DNA from: an uncultured Bdellovibrionales bacterium
GTDB taxonomy: Bacteria; Patescibacteriota; Minisyncoccia; Moranbacterales; UBA1568
Direction of reading: 5' to 3'
Assembly: GCA_964395165.1 (NCBI GenBank)
Contig: CAYMZY010000001.1
Span: forward strand, 1,695-65,694
DNA length: 64,000 bases
Shown here in pieces: positions 28,515 to 37,790 of this stretch. The notes below the pieces were generated by a model. That model did not search any database and was not told the origin of the DNA. It worked only from the letters and a program-made list of their open reading frames with translations. A program made the position numbers and the translations under genes. The stretch's first letter is position 1; each line of letters begins with the position of its first letter.

Positions 28515-29752
28515 AACTTTCCGACCCTTACAAGATCGCGTATCAGGCACTTTCGGCATCGCGTCTGCGGTTCTTTTTGACGGTTCTCGGAATCGTGATC
28601 GGGGTCGCTTCGGTTATCCTGGTCATGAGTGCCGGAGCGAGCGCACAGCAGCTCATCCTGGGTCAGATAGAGTCAGTTGGGTCGAATCTGCTGGCGGTAT
28701 TGCCGGGTGCTTCCGAAGAGGACGGTCCGCCGGCTATGGCATTCGGTATCGTATCGAAGACTCTGATCAATGGGGACCTCGAAGCACTGCGGGATGGAAA
28801 GAATATCCCCGAGATCATTGACGCGGTCGGATACGTGACCGGGACGGCGATCGCCGAATCCGATTCGGAAGACATCGTGGCGAGCTATCAGGGGGTCAGC
28901 GCGAGTCTTCCAAATGTGGAAACGGTGAAGGTTGAGAGCGGGCGCTTCTTCTTTCCTGATGAGGATACGCGGATGGCGCATATCGCGGTGCTTGGGGCGG
29001 GAGTATCAGAAAAACTGTTCCCGAACGGGAATGCGCTCGGAAGGACGGTTACGATCAAGCATATTCCGTTCACGGTGGTCGGTGTGCTTAAAAAACGCGG
29101 CTCCGGGGCTTTTTCGAATACGGACGATCTGATCCATATTCCGCTCGATACCGCCCAGAAGGAACTGCTCGGCATCAGGTACCTGAATTATGTGCGGGCG
29201 AAGGTGGAACAGACCGGCGATATCGGTCGGGTAAAAACGGAGGTGTATCGGTTATTGAATCAACGGCACGATATCGAACCGGGTCAGGAATCCGATTTCT
29301 CAGTTCGGAGTCTCGAATCGGCTTTGGATATCCTTCGTTCGCTTACCGATGTTTTGAAATTTTTTCTGGTCTCGATCGCTGCTATTTCGCTTCTGGTTGG
29401 AGGAATCGGAATCATGAACTCCATGCTGATCGCAGTCAACGCGCGTGTCCGGGAAATCGGCCTCAGAAAAGCGGTTGGTGCCCGTCCGGGTGAAATCATG
29501 TTCCAATTCCTTCTCGAGTCTATCATCATCACACTCCTTGGAGGGTTGATCGGAATCGCTATCGGAGTTTCGTTGGCATACATCGCTTCATTGATCATTC
29601 CGAAGCTGGGTTATGACTGGCAGTTTCTTGTGCCGCTCTCCTCGATCGGGGTCTCATTCGGGGTCTGTTTCGTAATAGGAATGGTATTCGGAATTTACCC
29701 GGCACAGAAAGCCTCGAAAGTCAGTCCGATGGAAGCGTTACGTTACGAATAG
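28511..29752 (+). CDS. ABC transporter permease, FtsX/MacB-type (MacB periplasmic core domain + FtsX 4-TM domain)
   Basis: 413 aa, TM1, a large extracytoplasmic domain, then 3 TM. ATGA overlap with the ATPase gene. Confidence 0.8.
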   Translation: MKLSDPYKIAYQALSASRLRFFLTVLGIVIGVASVILVMSAGASAQQLILGQIESVGSNLLAVLPGASEEDGPPAMAFGIVSKTLINGDLEALRDGKNIPEIIDAVGYVTGTAIAESDSEDIVASYQGVSASLPNVETVKVESGRFFFPDEDTRMAHIAVLGAGVSEKLFPNGNALGRTVTIKHIPFTVVGVLKKRGSGAFSNTDDLIHIPLDTAQKELLGIRYLNYVRAKVEQTGDIGRVKTEVYRLLNQRHDIEPGQESDFSVRSLESALDILRSLTDVLKFFLVSIAAISLLVGGIGIMNSMLIAVNARVREIGLRKAVGARPGEIMFQFLLESIIITLLGGLIGIAIGVSLAYIASLIIPKLGYDWQFLVPLSSIGVSFGVCFVIGMVFGIYPAQKASKVSPMEALRYE

Positions 29753-29799
29753 CTGGCTCGTTTTTGTGCATGGTATACTGGGTAGGTGATAATAGGCGT

Positions 29800-30189
29800 A
29801 TGATTGAAAAAGGAAAAATTAGATTCATAGTGGCGCTCGTCGTCCTGATCGTTTTCTCGATACTTCTGTTCGGTGTCCTGTACCGCGAACAGGGGAAACG
29901 TATCGCGAAGGCCGAATCCGACCGACAGGTGTTTTTGGAAGAACAGCGGGCTATCGAACAGGATCGGAAGCAGTATTTTGAAAATGTTGCAGCCAAACGG
30001 GCCGAGTTGCGTTCTGGCATGGCGGAAAGCAAGAGTCAGTATGAGCAGCTTCTGAATAACCAGCCGGAGGCTATCGCGAAAAATAAGACGACAACCACAG
30101 AGACAGCGACGGTTCCCGTGAAGACGACTGTAACGACACCGGTAACGGTTTCTAAGCCGACAGCGACCCGGAAAACGAAATCATCTTGA
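29800..30189 (+). CDS. hypothetical N-terminally anchored coiled-coil protein with Thr-rich tail
   Basis: TM FIVALVVLIVFSILLFGVL, coiled-coil, TTTTETATVPVKTTVTTPVTV. TATACTGG motif at 29774. Confidence 0.4.
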   Translation: MIEKGKIRFIVALVVLIVFSILLFGVLYREQGKRIAKAESDRQVFLEEQRAIEQDRKQYFENVAAKRAELRSGMAESKSQYEQLLNNQPEAIAKNKTTTTETATVPVKTTVTTPVTVSKPTATRKTKSS

Positions 30190-30194
30190 ATCTT

Positions 30195-30716
30195 ATGACT
30201 CTCCGCTTTCCTCTGGCCAGTATTTTTCTTCTCGGGATAGCGGGTATCTCTCTGATTTTTTGGTACCGGGAAATACGGGTATCGGACGTCCAGAATACTT
30301 TTTCTGGAAGGGTCGCGCTTGCGGATGATGAAGACGATGACGATGATGAAGAGGATGATGAGGACGATAAGGAAGAAGATGACGATGAGGACGATGATGA
30401 CTCAGATACCTCCCGGTCAGCCCGACCGAAGGAAACCGTCATTACGACTTATCGGCTTGTAGAGAGGACCGTGACCCTGTTGGATGAAAAGTTCAGAGTG
30501 GATACGGACGGGGACCTGCTCGTAGACGGGCTTGATCCGCATCCGGACACTCCTGAATCGGCGTACTTCACCGATGATGACGAAGATGCGGTTCCGAACG
30601 CCCTGGATGCGTATCCGGGTGAGGATGATTTTCTCGTTTTCGGAGATGAGGAGGATCAGGATAAGGATGGTATTCTGGATTCTTTTGTTGCTGCGTCCTC
30701 GAAAGAGATATGGTGA
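30195..30716 (+). CDS. hypothetical membrane-anchored protein with poly-acidic tract and thrombospondin-type-3-like Ca-binding motifs
   Basis: TM LASIFLLGIAGISLIFWY. DDEDDDDDEEDDEDDKEEDDDEDDDDSD. DTDGDLLVDGLDPHPD, DDDEDAVPNALDAYPGEDD. Confidence 0.45.
   Translation: MTLRFPLASIFLLGIAGISLIFWYREIRVSDVQNTFSGRVALADDEDDDDDEEDDEDDKEEDDDEDDDDSDTSRSARPKETVITTYRLVERTVTLLDEKFRVDTDGDLLVDGLDPHPDTPESAYFTDDDEDAVPNALDAYPGEDDFLVFGDEEDQDKDGILDSFVAASSKEIW
30318..30400 (+). repeat. low-complexity (GAN)n tract encoding about 28 consecutive Asp/Glu
   Basis: gatgatgaagacgatgacgatgatgaagaggatgatgaggacgat... Confidence 0.7.
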
Positions 30717-30801
30717 AGGTTTCTGGTTCCGTTTTTCAGTGGTCGATTTTATCCTGCGTATGGTCTGGAAAAAACGGGAACGGGAGCTGAAGGGTGAAAT
30801 C

Positions 30802-31719
30802 ATGCGGACCGATGTTTTTGTGCAAGTCTTTTCGAAAACGCGTGAAGAGGGACTGATGGAAGAAGATTTGGACCGGGCATTTCGGATGTTCCGTGATTTT
30901 GAGTCACGTTTCAGTCGGTTTCGGGAGGGGAACGAGCTCTCGGATCTAAATCGGTCTTCCGTCTGCCACGTCTCTGTCGATTTGTTCGAGATATTGTCCC
31001 TTTGTCGGAAATACTATGAAGAAACTGGCGGGGTATTCGACCCGGCCGTGCTTCCAATACTTGAGCAGGAGGGGTATCGGGCTAGTTTCGGTACGGAGCA
31101 TTTCGGTATACCGAGCAAAGAGAAGATTGTTCGGAGATATGATTTTTCCGACCTCCGGATGGATCGCGCAACTCTTATCGTCTCGAAGCCTATCGGCTGT
31201 CGTATCGATCTCGGGGGTATCGGAAAGGGATACGCTGTCGGTTGTGTCTCCCAGATGTTGGCGGAGTCTTATCAGGATTTTATCGTAGATGCTGGCGGAG
31301 ATATATATGTTGCCGGTCGGAATCGCATGACGCGTTTCCCGTATTTCGCAATCGATATCGAGAACGCGTTTCGGAAAGATGAGAGTGCGGGACTACTTCT
31401 TCTTTCGGGTCAAGCAGTGGCGACTTCGGGTGTCAACCGGAGACGTTGGCAGAGCGACGGACAAGAGAAATCACATCTTATCGATGTGGAGAAGGGTGGG
31501 AGCGTCTCCGGTGATATTCTGACTGTGACGGTGGTCGATCCTTCGCCGGTGCGTGCCGATATCATGGCGAAGACACTCTGTATTCTCGGTCGGAAGAAGG
31601 GAATGCTGCTTGCTCAAAGGAATCGTCTTCCAGCTCTTTTTCTTCTGAAAGATGGTACAATGGAAGTGAATGAATTCATGAAACCATACGTATGGGAAGA
31701 CGATACCTTCTTTTTATGA
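30802..31719 (+). CDS. apbE: FAD:protein FMN transferase ApbE
   Basis: RIDLGGIGKGYAVG motif and the overall ApbE fold signature. No obvious signal peptide from the chosen ATG. Confidence 0.75.
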   Translation: MRTDVFVQVFSKTREEGLMEEDLDRAFRMFRDFESRFSRFREGNELSDLNRSSVCHVSVDLFEILSLCRKYYEETGGVFDPAVLPILEQEGYRASFGTEHFGIPSKEKIVRRYDFSDLRMDRATLIVSKPIGCRIDLGGIGKGYAVGCVSQMLAESYQDFIVDAGGDIYVAGRNRMTRFPYFAIDIENAFRKDESAGLLLLSGQAVATSGVNRRRWQSDGQEKSHLIDVEKGGSVSGDILTVTVVDPSPVRADIMAKTLCILGRKKGMLLAQRNRLPALFLLKDGTMEVNEFMKPYVWEDDTFFL

Positions 31720-32591
31720 CTTTTGTTGTCGGAGTCGTTTTTTTTGGTACCTTTTTGCAGTCCCAGGTGACCTCAGCCGCTATCAAGGATACTGATTTAG
31801 ATAGTCTGACCGATGAGAGTGAGTCTTCCCTCTATCATACCGATCCGGCTGTTTTCGACACGGATGGGGATGGTGTCGGAGATGGCAGTGAGATAGTGAG
31901 CGGGACAAGCCCTTTGGATCCGCGTAGTTCCCGTCTTTCCGATCTGGTCCGTCCGGATGTCGGAATCATGGGGAATAAGGATCAATGGTCCTGGTATTTC
32001 GGTCGGGTGACCGGACTACTCGCCTTCGTCCTGCTTACGTTTGGTGCGATATACGGACTCGTGATGAGCTCTCGTGTGTTTCAGAGAGTGATTTCCGGGG
32101 CGGCCGCCTATGAATTACATCGGACGCTTTCCTGGGTCAGTTTGGGAGCGGTCCTGCTCCATGTCGGAAGTTTTTTCTTTGATGATTTCTTACGTATCCG
32201 ATTCATCGAAGCGATAGTGCCGGGGGTGCTCACGCGTGATTTTCCATCGGCGCTTGGGTTCGATATGGGATTGGCAGTCGCTTTTGGTATCGTGGCCCTG
32301 TATTTTATGATCATCCTCCTCCTCACTTCTGAGTTCCGGGCCAAGCTCTCACAGCGGGCATGGAGAAGGACGCACTATCTGAGTTTCCTTGCTTATGCGG
32401 CTTTCGTCGCGCATGGCTTCATGGCTGGTTCCGATTCGGGAGAGCTATGGGTCCGCGGCATGTATATCGTTTCCTCCACATCGGTTCTTCTACTGGTAGC
32501 GATTCGGATCGTCTCTCGGACGCTTCTGTTGAAGCGGCAAGCCTTTTCGGAAAATCGGATTCCTTCGGAGAACCCGCCTTCCGTTTCCTGA
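31692..32591 (+). CDS. ferric-reductase-like transmembrane domain protein (MsrQ/YedZ-like di-heme b) with Ca-binding-like N-terminal segment
   Basis: 6 TM with His pairs (ELHRTL...LHVGSFF; RRTHYLSFLAYAAFVAHG). N-terminal DTDLDSLTDESE...DTDGDGVGDGSE after a signal anchor. Confidence 0.55.
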   Translation: MGRRYLLFMTFVVGVVFFGTFLQSQVTSAAIKDTDLDSLTDESESSLYHTDPAVFDTDGDGVGDGSEIVSGTSPLDPRSSRLSDLVRPDVGIMGNKDQWSWYFGRVTGLLAFVLLTFGAIYGLVMSSRVFQRVISGAAAYELHRTLSWVSLGAVLLHVGSFFFDDFLRIRFIEAIVPGVLTRDFPSALGFDMGLAVAFGIVALYFMIILLLTSEFRAKLSQRAWRRTHYLSFLAYAAFVAHGFMAGSDSGELWVRGMYIVSSTSVLLLVAIRIVSRTLLLKRQAFSENRIPSENPPSVS

Positions 32592-32600
32592 TTTTTTCGT

Positions 32601-33863
32601 ATGATACTTCGATTTTTCTCGCGTCATGCCCAATCGTTTCTCTTCGCCTTGCGGACGATACTTTCCCATAAGGCTCGGACATTCCTTGCTTTGCTTGGAG
32701 TGGTAATCGGAGTCCTTTCCATTATCGTGATCACGTCTTTCGGAGATGGAGTCAAAGGATTCATTCTCGGTCAGGTAGCGAGTTTCGGTTCGGATTTTGT
32801 TCAGGTGGAGACACAGGTTCCGGGGGCCGGTGATTCTCCCTCGGGTCAGGCGATGGGGAAGCTGACGATTACGACCCTGAAAATCGATGATGCGGAAGCG
32901 GTCCGCCGCTTGCCGAATGTCGCTGAGGTGTATGCCGGGAGCATCGGCCAGGAGCGCGCGAGTTATCGGGGGGTTCACAAACGCATCCTGCTTTTCGGTG
33001 CTTCTGCAACCGCTCCGATTGTCGATCCGAATCTCAAGCTTGAGTCGGGGCGTTTCTATTCGACGGATGAGGATGATGGATTGGCACAAGTGGTCGTGCT
33101 TGGAGCCGATATCAAGGATGCTCTGTTCGGAAGGGAAAGCGAGGCGGTAGGAGAGACGATCCGTATAAAAGGGCAGGGGTACAAGGTAGTCGGCGTTCTA
33201 GCTCGACGTGGCTCAGTCGCCTTTCTGAATTTTGATGAGATGACCTATGTGCCAGTGCGGACGTTGCAGAAGAAGATTCTCGGTGTCAATCACATCGCTT
33301 TTTTCACGTCGAAGATGAATGATATCTCGCGTGAGGACGAGACAGTGGCACTCATCCGCGAGACGCTTCGGAGACGGCACGATATTACCGATCCCGACCG
33401 GGATGATTTCATCGTGACATCGGCTCGTGAAGCACAGGAGACAGTATCTTCCATATTGGGAGCGATGAGTCTTCTCCTGATGTTTCTTACTTCGATTTCG
33501 CTCGTCGTCGGGGGAGTAGGTATCATGAATGTCATGTATGTCTCCGTGGCGGAGCGGACGAGTGAGATCGGACTCCGGAAGGCAGTCGGCGCTTCCTCGA
33601 AGAGCGTTCTTTGGCAATTTCTTTTTGAGGCTCTCATTATCACGGTGCTCGGTGGTCTTATCGGCGTGTTGCTCGGGGTGATTGTCACGTGGGGATTGAC
33701 CTTTTTGTCCGGGCAGCTCGGATACGGTCTCGAGCTCGCCTTCACTCTTCGTTCGTTCTTGCTTGGTGTTGGGTTTGCCGGTCTGGTCGGCATCGTTTTT
33801 GGATTAGCTCCTGCCTATCGTGCTTCGCGCCTCTCACCGATGGAAGCTTTGCGCAGGGAGTGA
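32601..33863 (+). CDS. FtsX/MacB-type ABC permease, second copy (no adjacent ATPase)
   Basis: 420 aa, the same architecture as 28511-29752, about 35-40% identical by eye. Confidence 0.8.
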   Translation: MILRFFSRHAQSFLFALRTILSHKARTFLALLGVVIGVLSIIVITSFGDGVKGFILGQVASFGSDFVQVETQVPGAGDSPSGQAMGKLTITTLKIDDAEAVRRLPNVAEVYAGSIGQERASYRGVHKRILLFGASATAPIVDPNLKLESGRFYSTDEDDGLAQVVVLGADIKDALFGRESEAVGETIRIKGQGYKVVGVLARRGSVAFLNFDEMTYVPVRTLQKKILGVNHIAFFTSKMNDISREDETVALIRETLRRRHDITDPDRDDFIVTSAREAQETVSSILGAMSLLLMFLTSISLVVGGVGIMNVMYVSVAERTSEIGLRKAVGASSKSVLWQFLFEALIITVLGGLIGVLLGVIVTWGLTFLSGQLGYGLELAFTLRSFLLGVGFAGLVGIVFGLAPAYRASRLSPMEALRRE

Positions 33864-33881
33864 AAACGGAAAGATCCGTGG

Positions 33882-33921
33882 AAATAAAAAAACGCCGCAA
33901 TATGTCGCGGCGTTTTGTTTG
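33882..33921. terminator. bidirectional intrinsic terminator (aaacgccgc/gcggcgttt) with A-run upstream and T-run downstream
   Basis: It serves the + strand permease gene and the convergent - strand ORF 33923-34396. Confidence 0.6.
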
Positions 33922-33922
33922 G

Positions 33923-34396
33923 TCAGTCAGTGACCGACTGTGCTCTGATCCAGTCAGTCTCCTTGAACCCCTCCCTTATTTCCTGCTTAATATAATAAGG
34001 CATATTTACTTCGGAGCTACCATACCACTTTTCGACAAGTTCAAGTCTTTTTCGAATTTGCCGGGCCCGATCTGGGCATCCCGAGAACGGTATCAGTTCT
34101 TGGACACGCGCCAGGAGCTTCCCTGAGCAGTACGGCACGAACCGCGAAGGACGATACTGCACGGCCAGTGCCATACAGTCGAAGTTATTCGCGTCAGCGA
34201 GCAACTCGAGCGCCTGTTCGGTATGCGCGGCATTAAGACTGCTGATAAGGTTTTTGATGCGGCCCGTATCGGCTGGTTTGTGCTTGCAGTCTCCGATGAG
34301 AGCTGCTATCTCTTGCAGATGATGCCCTGCGCTTTCTTCGCGCTTCGGAGAGCGAAGCTTGAGTTGAAGTAAGCAAGCTGTGAAAAGAGCGTTCAT
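33923..34396 (-). CDS. hypothetical protein (157 aa), no recognised domain
   Basis: ORF with a plausible terminator. AT-rich 240-nt upstream region. Confidence 0.4.
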   Translation of the reverse strand: MNALFTACLLQLKLRSPKREESAGHHLQEIAALIGDCKHKPADTGRIKNLISSLNAAHTEQALELLADANNFDCMALAVQYRPSRFVPYCSGKLLARVQELIPFSGCPDRARQIRKRLELVEKWYGSSEVNMPYYIKQEIREGFKETDWIRAQSVTD

Positions 34397-34638
34397 TTCG
34401 TATCCTTTCGGGATAGAGGAGGGGGTAAAAGAACCGTTTATTTTCAGTAAAATAAGACTTCCAGCCTCATTAACTGAAATTTGATTATATCATATAAAGT
34501 TTGTTATGTCAATATAACGGGTGCAGAGGTTCAATCAGTAAGTGTAAAACCGTAATTTCAGTGTATGGTACGGGAGTACTGATTGTTGACTATCGAGGAA
34601 TGGGAAATCGTCGTCAGCGAACGTGAAGACTTGGGTTT

Positions 34639-36714
34639 TTAGAGTGTACTGTCAGCGAACGGATCAGATTCAATTTTCTGGTAACGTTTCTTTTTCATTT
34701 TTTTCGCCTCGCTTTCTGGAATTTCGCGCCCGGTCTTCCTGTCGAGGTAAACGGTCTTTTTTTCGATCGAGGCGAGAGCGAGTCCTGGTGGACGGACGGG
34801 AAGAGGACTTGCGGACTTTGCCGGCGTGTAGGCGATGAAGACCGCTTCCGGATTCGCGAATCCGGAAGCATCGATGAATGATCGCCAGATGGGAGCGGCG
34901 ACGAAGATGCCGTCTGAACCGGCAGTCATCGGGGAATGGTCATTGTTTCCGACCCAGACGGCAGCGGAAATGGAAGGAGTGTATCCGACGGTCCAGGCAT
35001 CATTGAAATCCTGCGAGGTGCCGGTCTTGGCGGCGACCGCCTTTCCGGGAGGGAACGCGAGAGGGCTTCTTGGTCCGAAGATTGGCGTTCGAGCGGCATT
35101 GTCCGAGAGGATGGAGTTGATTTTGCGTGCGACTTCCGTATCCAGGACACGTTTTCCTTCCGACGGCGAGGCTTCGAAGATGTTCTGTCCTTGGGAGTCG
35201 GTGATGGAACGGATAGGGAGCATATCATAAGCGATTCCTTCTTGGCCGAAGACGCCGAAGGCTCGTGCCATATCGATCGGTCGGACTTCCGCCCCCCCGA
35301 GAGTCAGGGAAAGTCCATAGCGCTTCGGTTCGGTAAGGGTGGTGATACCAAGTCGAGTAGCGGTGTCAATGGTCGCGTCGATACCGGCAAGCGCGAGGGT
35401 TTCGACCGCTGGGACATTGAGTGACATGGCGAGTGCCTGACGCATGGTGAGAAGGCCGTGGAATTTTCCGTCGTAGTTCCGAGGGATATAACTTGCGCCT
35501 GAACCGTCGGGTCCGAAATCGATAGGTGTGTCGTAGATCTTCGTTTCCGGTTCATAGCCTTTGCTGAAAGCGGTGGCATAGGTGAACGGCTTGAAAGATG
35601 ATCCTGGCTGGCGTTTGCTTTGCGTGACATTGACATTGCCATCGATTCCGCTATCGAAATAGTTTTTCGAGCCGACCATAGCGAGGATTTCTCCGTTCTG
35701 TGGATCGGTAGCTATGAGCGCGGCGTTGTTCGCATGGCGCGGGGCATTGCGTTTGGCCCCCTCTACGACCGCTTGTTCAGCAATCGCTTGGAGACGGAGA
35801 TCGAGTGAAGTGATGACGCGAAATCCGGAGGTACGAAGCGTTTGCTCATCGTATGTTTTCCTGAGTTCGTCGATGATGAAGAAGACGAAATGAGGCGCCC
35901 GTATCGATTCCTGTCTCGGCCGTACTTGTTCCAAGAGATCGACGGAATCAGCCTGCTTGAACGCATCGGTCGAGATGGCTCCGAGCTCATGCATAGCGAT
36001 AAGTATGTGTCGTTTCCGCCGGATAAGTTCGCTTCTTCCTTCGCCATAAGGAGAGAGCGCCGATGGCGCGGAAGGAAGAGCGGCAAGGAAAGCGGCTTCT
36101 TCGACAGTTAGATCGGATGCTGATTTTCCGAAATAAGTATTGGCGGCCGTTTCGATCCCATATGCATTGGCGCCGTAGGGGACCGTATTGAGGTAGAGGT
36201 CGAGGATTTCATCCTTATCGAGTACTTGCTCGATTTTGAGCGCCAGGACGATCTCTTTGAGTTTTCGGGAGAAGGTCTTTTCTCTGGTCAGATAGAGTGC
36301 CCGGGCTACCTGCTGAGTGATTGTCGATCCTCCTTGGCGGATGCTCCCGGATCGAAGATTTTTGATGAGAGCGCGGAAGAGGGAAGGAGTATCGATTCCC
36401 GGGTGAATGAAGAAATTCTTGTCTTCGGCGGCGAGAGTCGCTTGTCGGATTGTATCAGGGATCCGTCCATGCGGAAGGACGATGCGGTTCTCTTCCGCAT
36501 AGAGCCGGTAGAGCTCTTGTGTCCCAGTCCGATCATAGAGGATGGAGGTCCGATCATGCGGGAGATCGCGGATATGGTCGAGAGACGGGAGACCGATAAA
36601 AAAGATGGCGCTACCTCCGAGAAGGATACCGATGATTAGAAGGGAGGCTAACCAGCCGGATTCTTTGAGAATTCGTAGGAGAATGGCTCGGAACAGAGCG
36701 GATCGGACAGGCAT
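34639..36714 (-). CDS. class A penicillin-binding protein 1A (transglycosylase + transpeptidase)
   Basis: GT51 motifs (EDKNFFIHPGID, RQGGSTITQQ), transpeptidase SSFKPF. N-terminal TM anchor. Confidence 0.85.
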   Translation of the reverse strand: MPVRSALFRAILLRILKESGWLASLLIIGILLGGSAIFFIGLPSLDHIRDLPHDRTSILYDRTGTQELYRLYAEENRIVLPHGRIPDTIRQATLAAEDKNFFIHPGIDTPSLFRALIKNLRSGSIRQGGSTITQQVARALYLTREKTFSRKLKEIVLALKIEQVLDKDEILDLYLNTVPYGANAYGIETAANTYFGKSASDLTVEEAAFLAALPSAPSALSPYGEGRSELIRRKRHILIAMHELGAISTDAFKQADSVDLLEQVRPRQESIRAPHFVFFIIDELRKTYDEQTLRTSGFRVITSLDLRLQAIAEQAVVEGAKRNAPRHANNAALIATDPQNGEILAMVGSKNYFDSGIDGNVNVTQSKRQPGSSFKPFTYATAFSKGYEPETKIYDTPIDFGPDGSGASYIPRNYDGKFHGLLTMRQALAMSLNVPAVETLALAGIDATIDTATRLGITTLTEPKRYGLSLTLGGAEVRPIDMARAFGVFGQEGIAYDMLPIRSITDSQGQNIFEASPSEGKRVLDTEVARKINSILSDNAARTPIFGPRSPLAFPPGKAVAAKTGTSQDFNDAWTVGYTPSISAAVWVGNNDHSPMTAGSDGIFVAAPIWRSFIDASGFANPEAVFIAYTPAKSASPLPVRPPGLALASIEKKTVYLDRKTGREIPESEAKKMKKKRYQKIESDPFADSTL

Positions 36715-36860
36715 ACGCGGAAATGATACAGAATGGACTTTGTCAGGGACAGTGTTTCAGTGTACCCTAAGAGGAGGCTGACGTGAAGTCCTTAAGTGTA
36801 TTCCGATATTTTTCGTCGGTCGTTTTGGGGAAAAGTACTTGTTTTAAAGAATGTCTTCTT

Positions 36861-37400
36861 ATGAAGCTTCCAGTTGTCAGACCACTCTACGTATTTCTTC
36901 GATGGATTGGTGCGCCGGTGATTTGGGAAAAATCAGTGGGAGCGGTACTATTCCGGGAAACGGAAACGGGCCGGGAATATCTGCTGCTTCGGTATCCGAG
37001 CGGGCATTATGAGTTTCCTCGCGGGCATGTCGAAGAGGGAGAGACGGAAGAACAGACTCTACGCCGGGAGGTGGAGGAGGAGACCGGGGTAAAGGAAATG
37101 GAAGTTTATCCTTTCCGGACGGAGAATCGTTTTTTCTATGTGGCGCATGGGAGTGAGAAGGTCCGCCGGGAACGCGAAAAGCGTGGTACGTGGATTTTCA
37201 AACGGGCATTTTTTTATCCGGCGAGGACGAATGAGGCGGAAGTACAGCTCTCTCATGAACATCGGGAATGGCTTTGGCTTCCGTTTTCGGAGGCTCTTGG
37301 AAAGGTGACTTTTGCGAATGCCAGAAAAGTGTTAGAAAGAAGTGAGAACTATCTTCGGAAGAGAGAAGCGTCTTCCGGAAAACGGGTGTCGGATGCTTGA
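36861..37400 (+). CDS. NUDIX hydrolase
   Basis: Nudix box GHVEEGETEEQTLRREVEEETG. Confidence 0.75.
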   Translation: MKLPVVRPLYVFLRWIGAPVIWEKSVGAVLFRETETGREYLLLRYPSGHYEFPRGHVEEGETEEQTLRREVEEETGVKEMEVYPFRTENRFFYVAHGSEKVRREREKRGTWIFKRAFFYPARTNEAEVQLSHEHREWLWLPFSEALGKVTFANARKVLERSENYLRKREASSGKRVSDA

Positions 37401-37674
37401 TGCGATGAAGTCGAATAATCCGGTAAGAATACCTCCTATGCCATACGATATCGATCCGAATCGTTCGTTCGAGCAGAATATCTTTTTTGAGGTGAAGCGA
37501 CGTGCGAATGAGCAGGGTGTCACCGACCTGAACGAGTACCTCGATCTGGTAGCGGAAGTGATCGCGGAGAAATTAGACGACGGTGTTTTGACCAAACATG
37601 ACGATTTGGCTCAATTACGGGCTGATTTGGAGCATCGTTTTGGGGAAATTGGTGAGGAAACGGATGAGTATTGA
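37393..37674 (+). CDS. hypothetical small acidic protein
   Basis: ORF with a terminator downstream and no recognised domain. Start uncertain (37393 or 37405). Confidence 0.35.
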   Translation: MLDAMKSNNPVRIPPMPYDIDPNRSFEQNIFFEVKRRANEQGVTDLNEYLDLVAEVIAEKLDDGVLTKHDDLAQLRADLEHRFGEIGEETDEY

Positions 37675-37714
37675 TTCTTTTCTGAATTTATAGTATAATA
37701 GAGAGGTAGAAGAA

Positions 37715-37738
37715 AAGACCGGAATGCGGTCTTTTTTG
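37715..37738 (+). terminator. intrinsic terminator (aaagaccg/cggtcttt + T6)
   Basis: Seen directly. Confidence 0.55.
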
Positions 37739-37790
37739 ATGGCAGAATGTTTGTACCTAGGGAATTCTCATCCATGTCGCTTCTTTTCCT

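Noticed and set aside
30532-30801. N-terminal 90-codon extension of the ApbE ORF, which would overlap the preceding gene and might supply a signal peptide
   Set aside because: The extension overlaps the upstream gene by more than 150 nt and is Arg-rich without a proper n-h-c signal peptide. ATG 30802 is chosen, so ApbE localisation remains unresolved.
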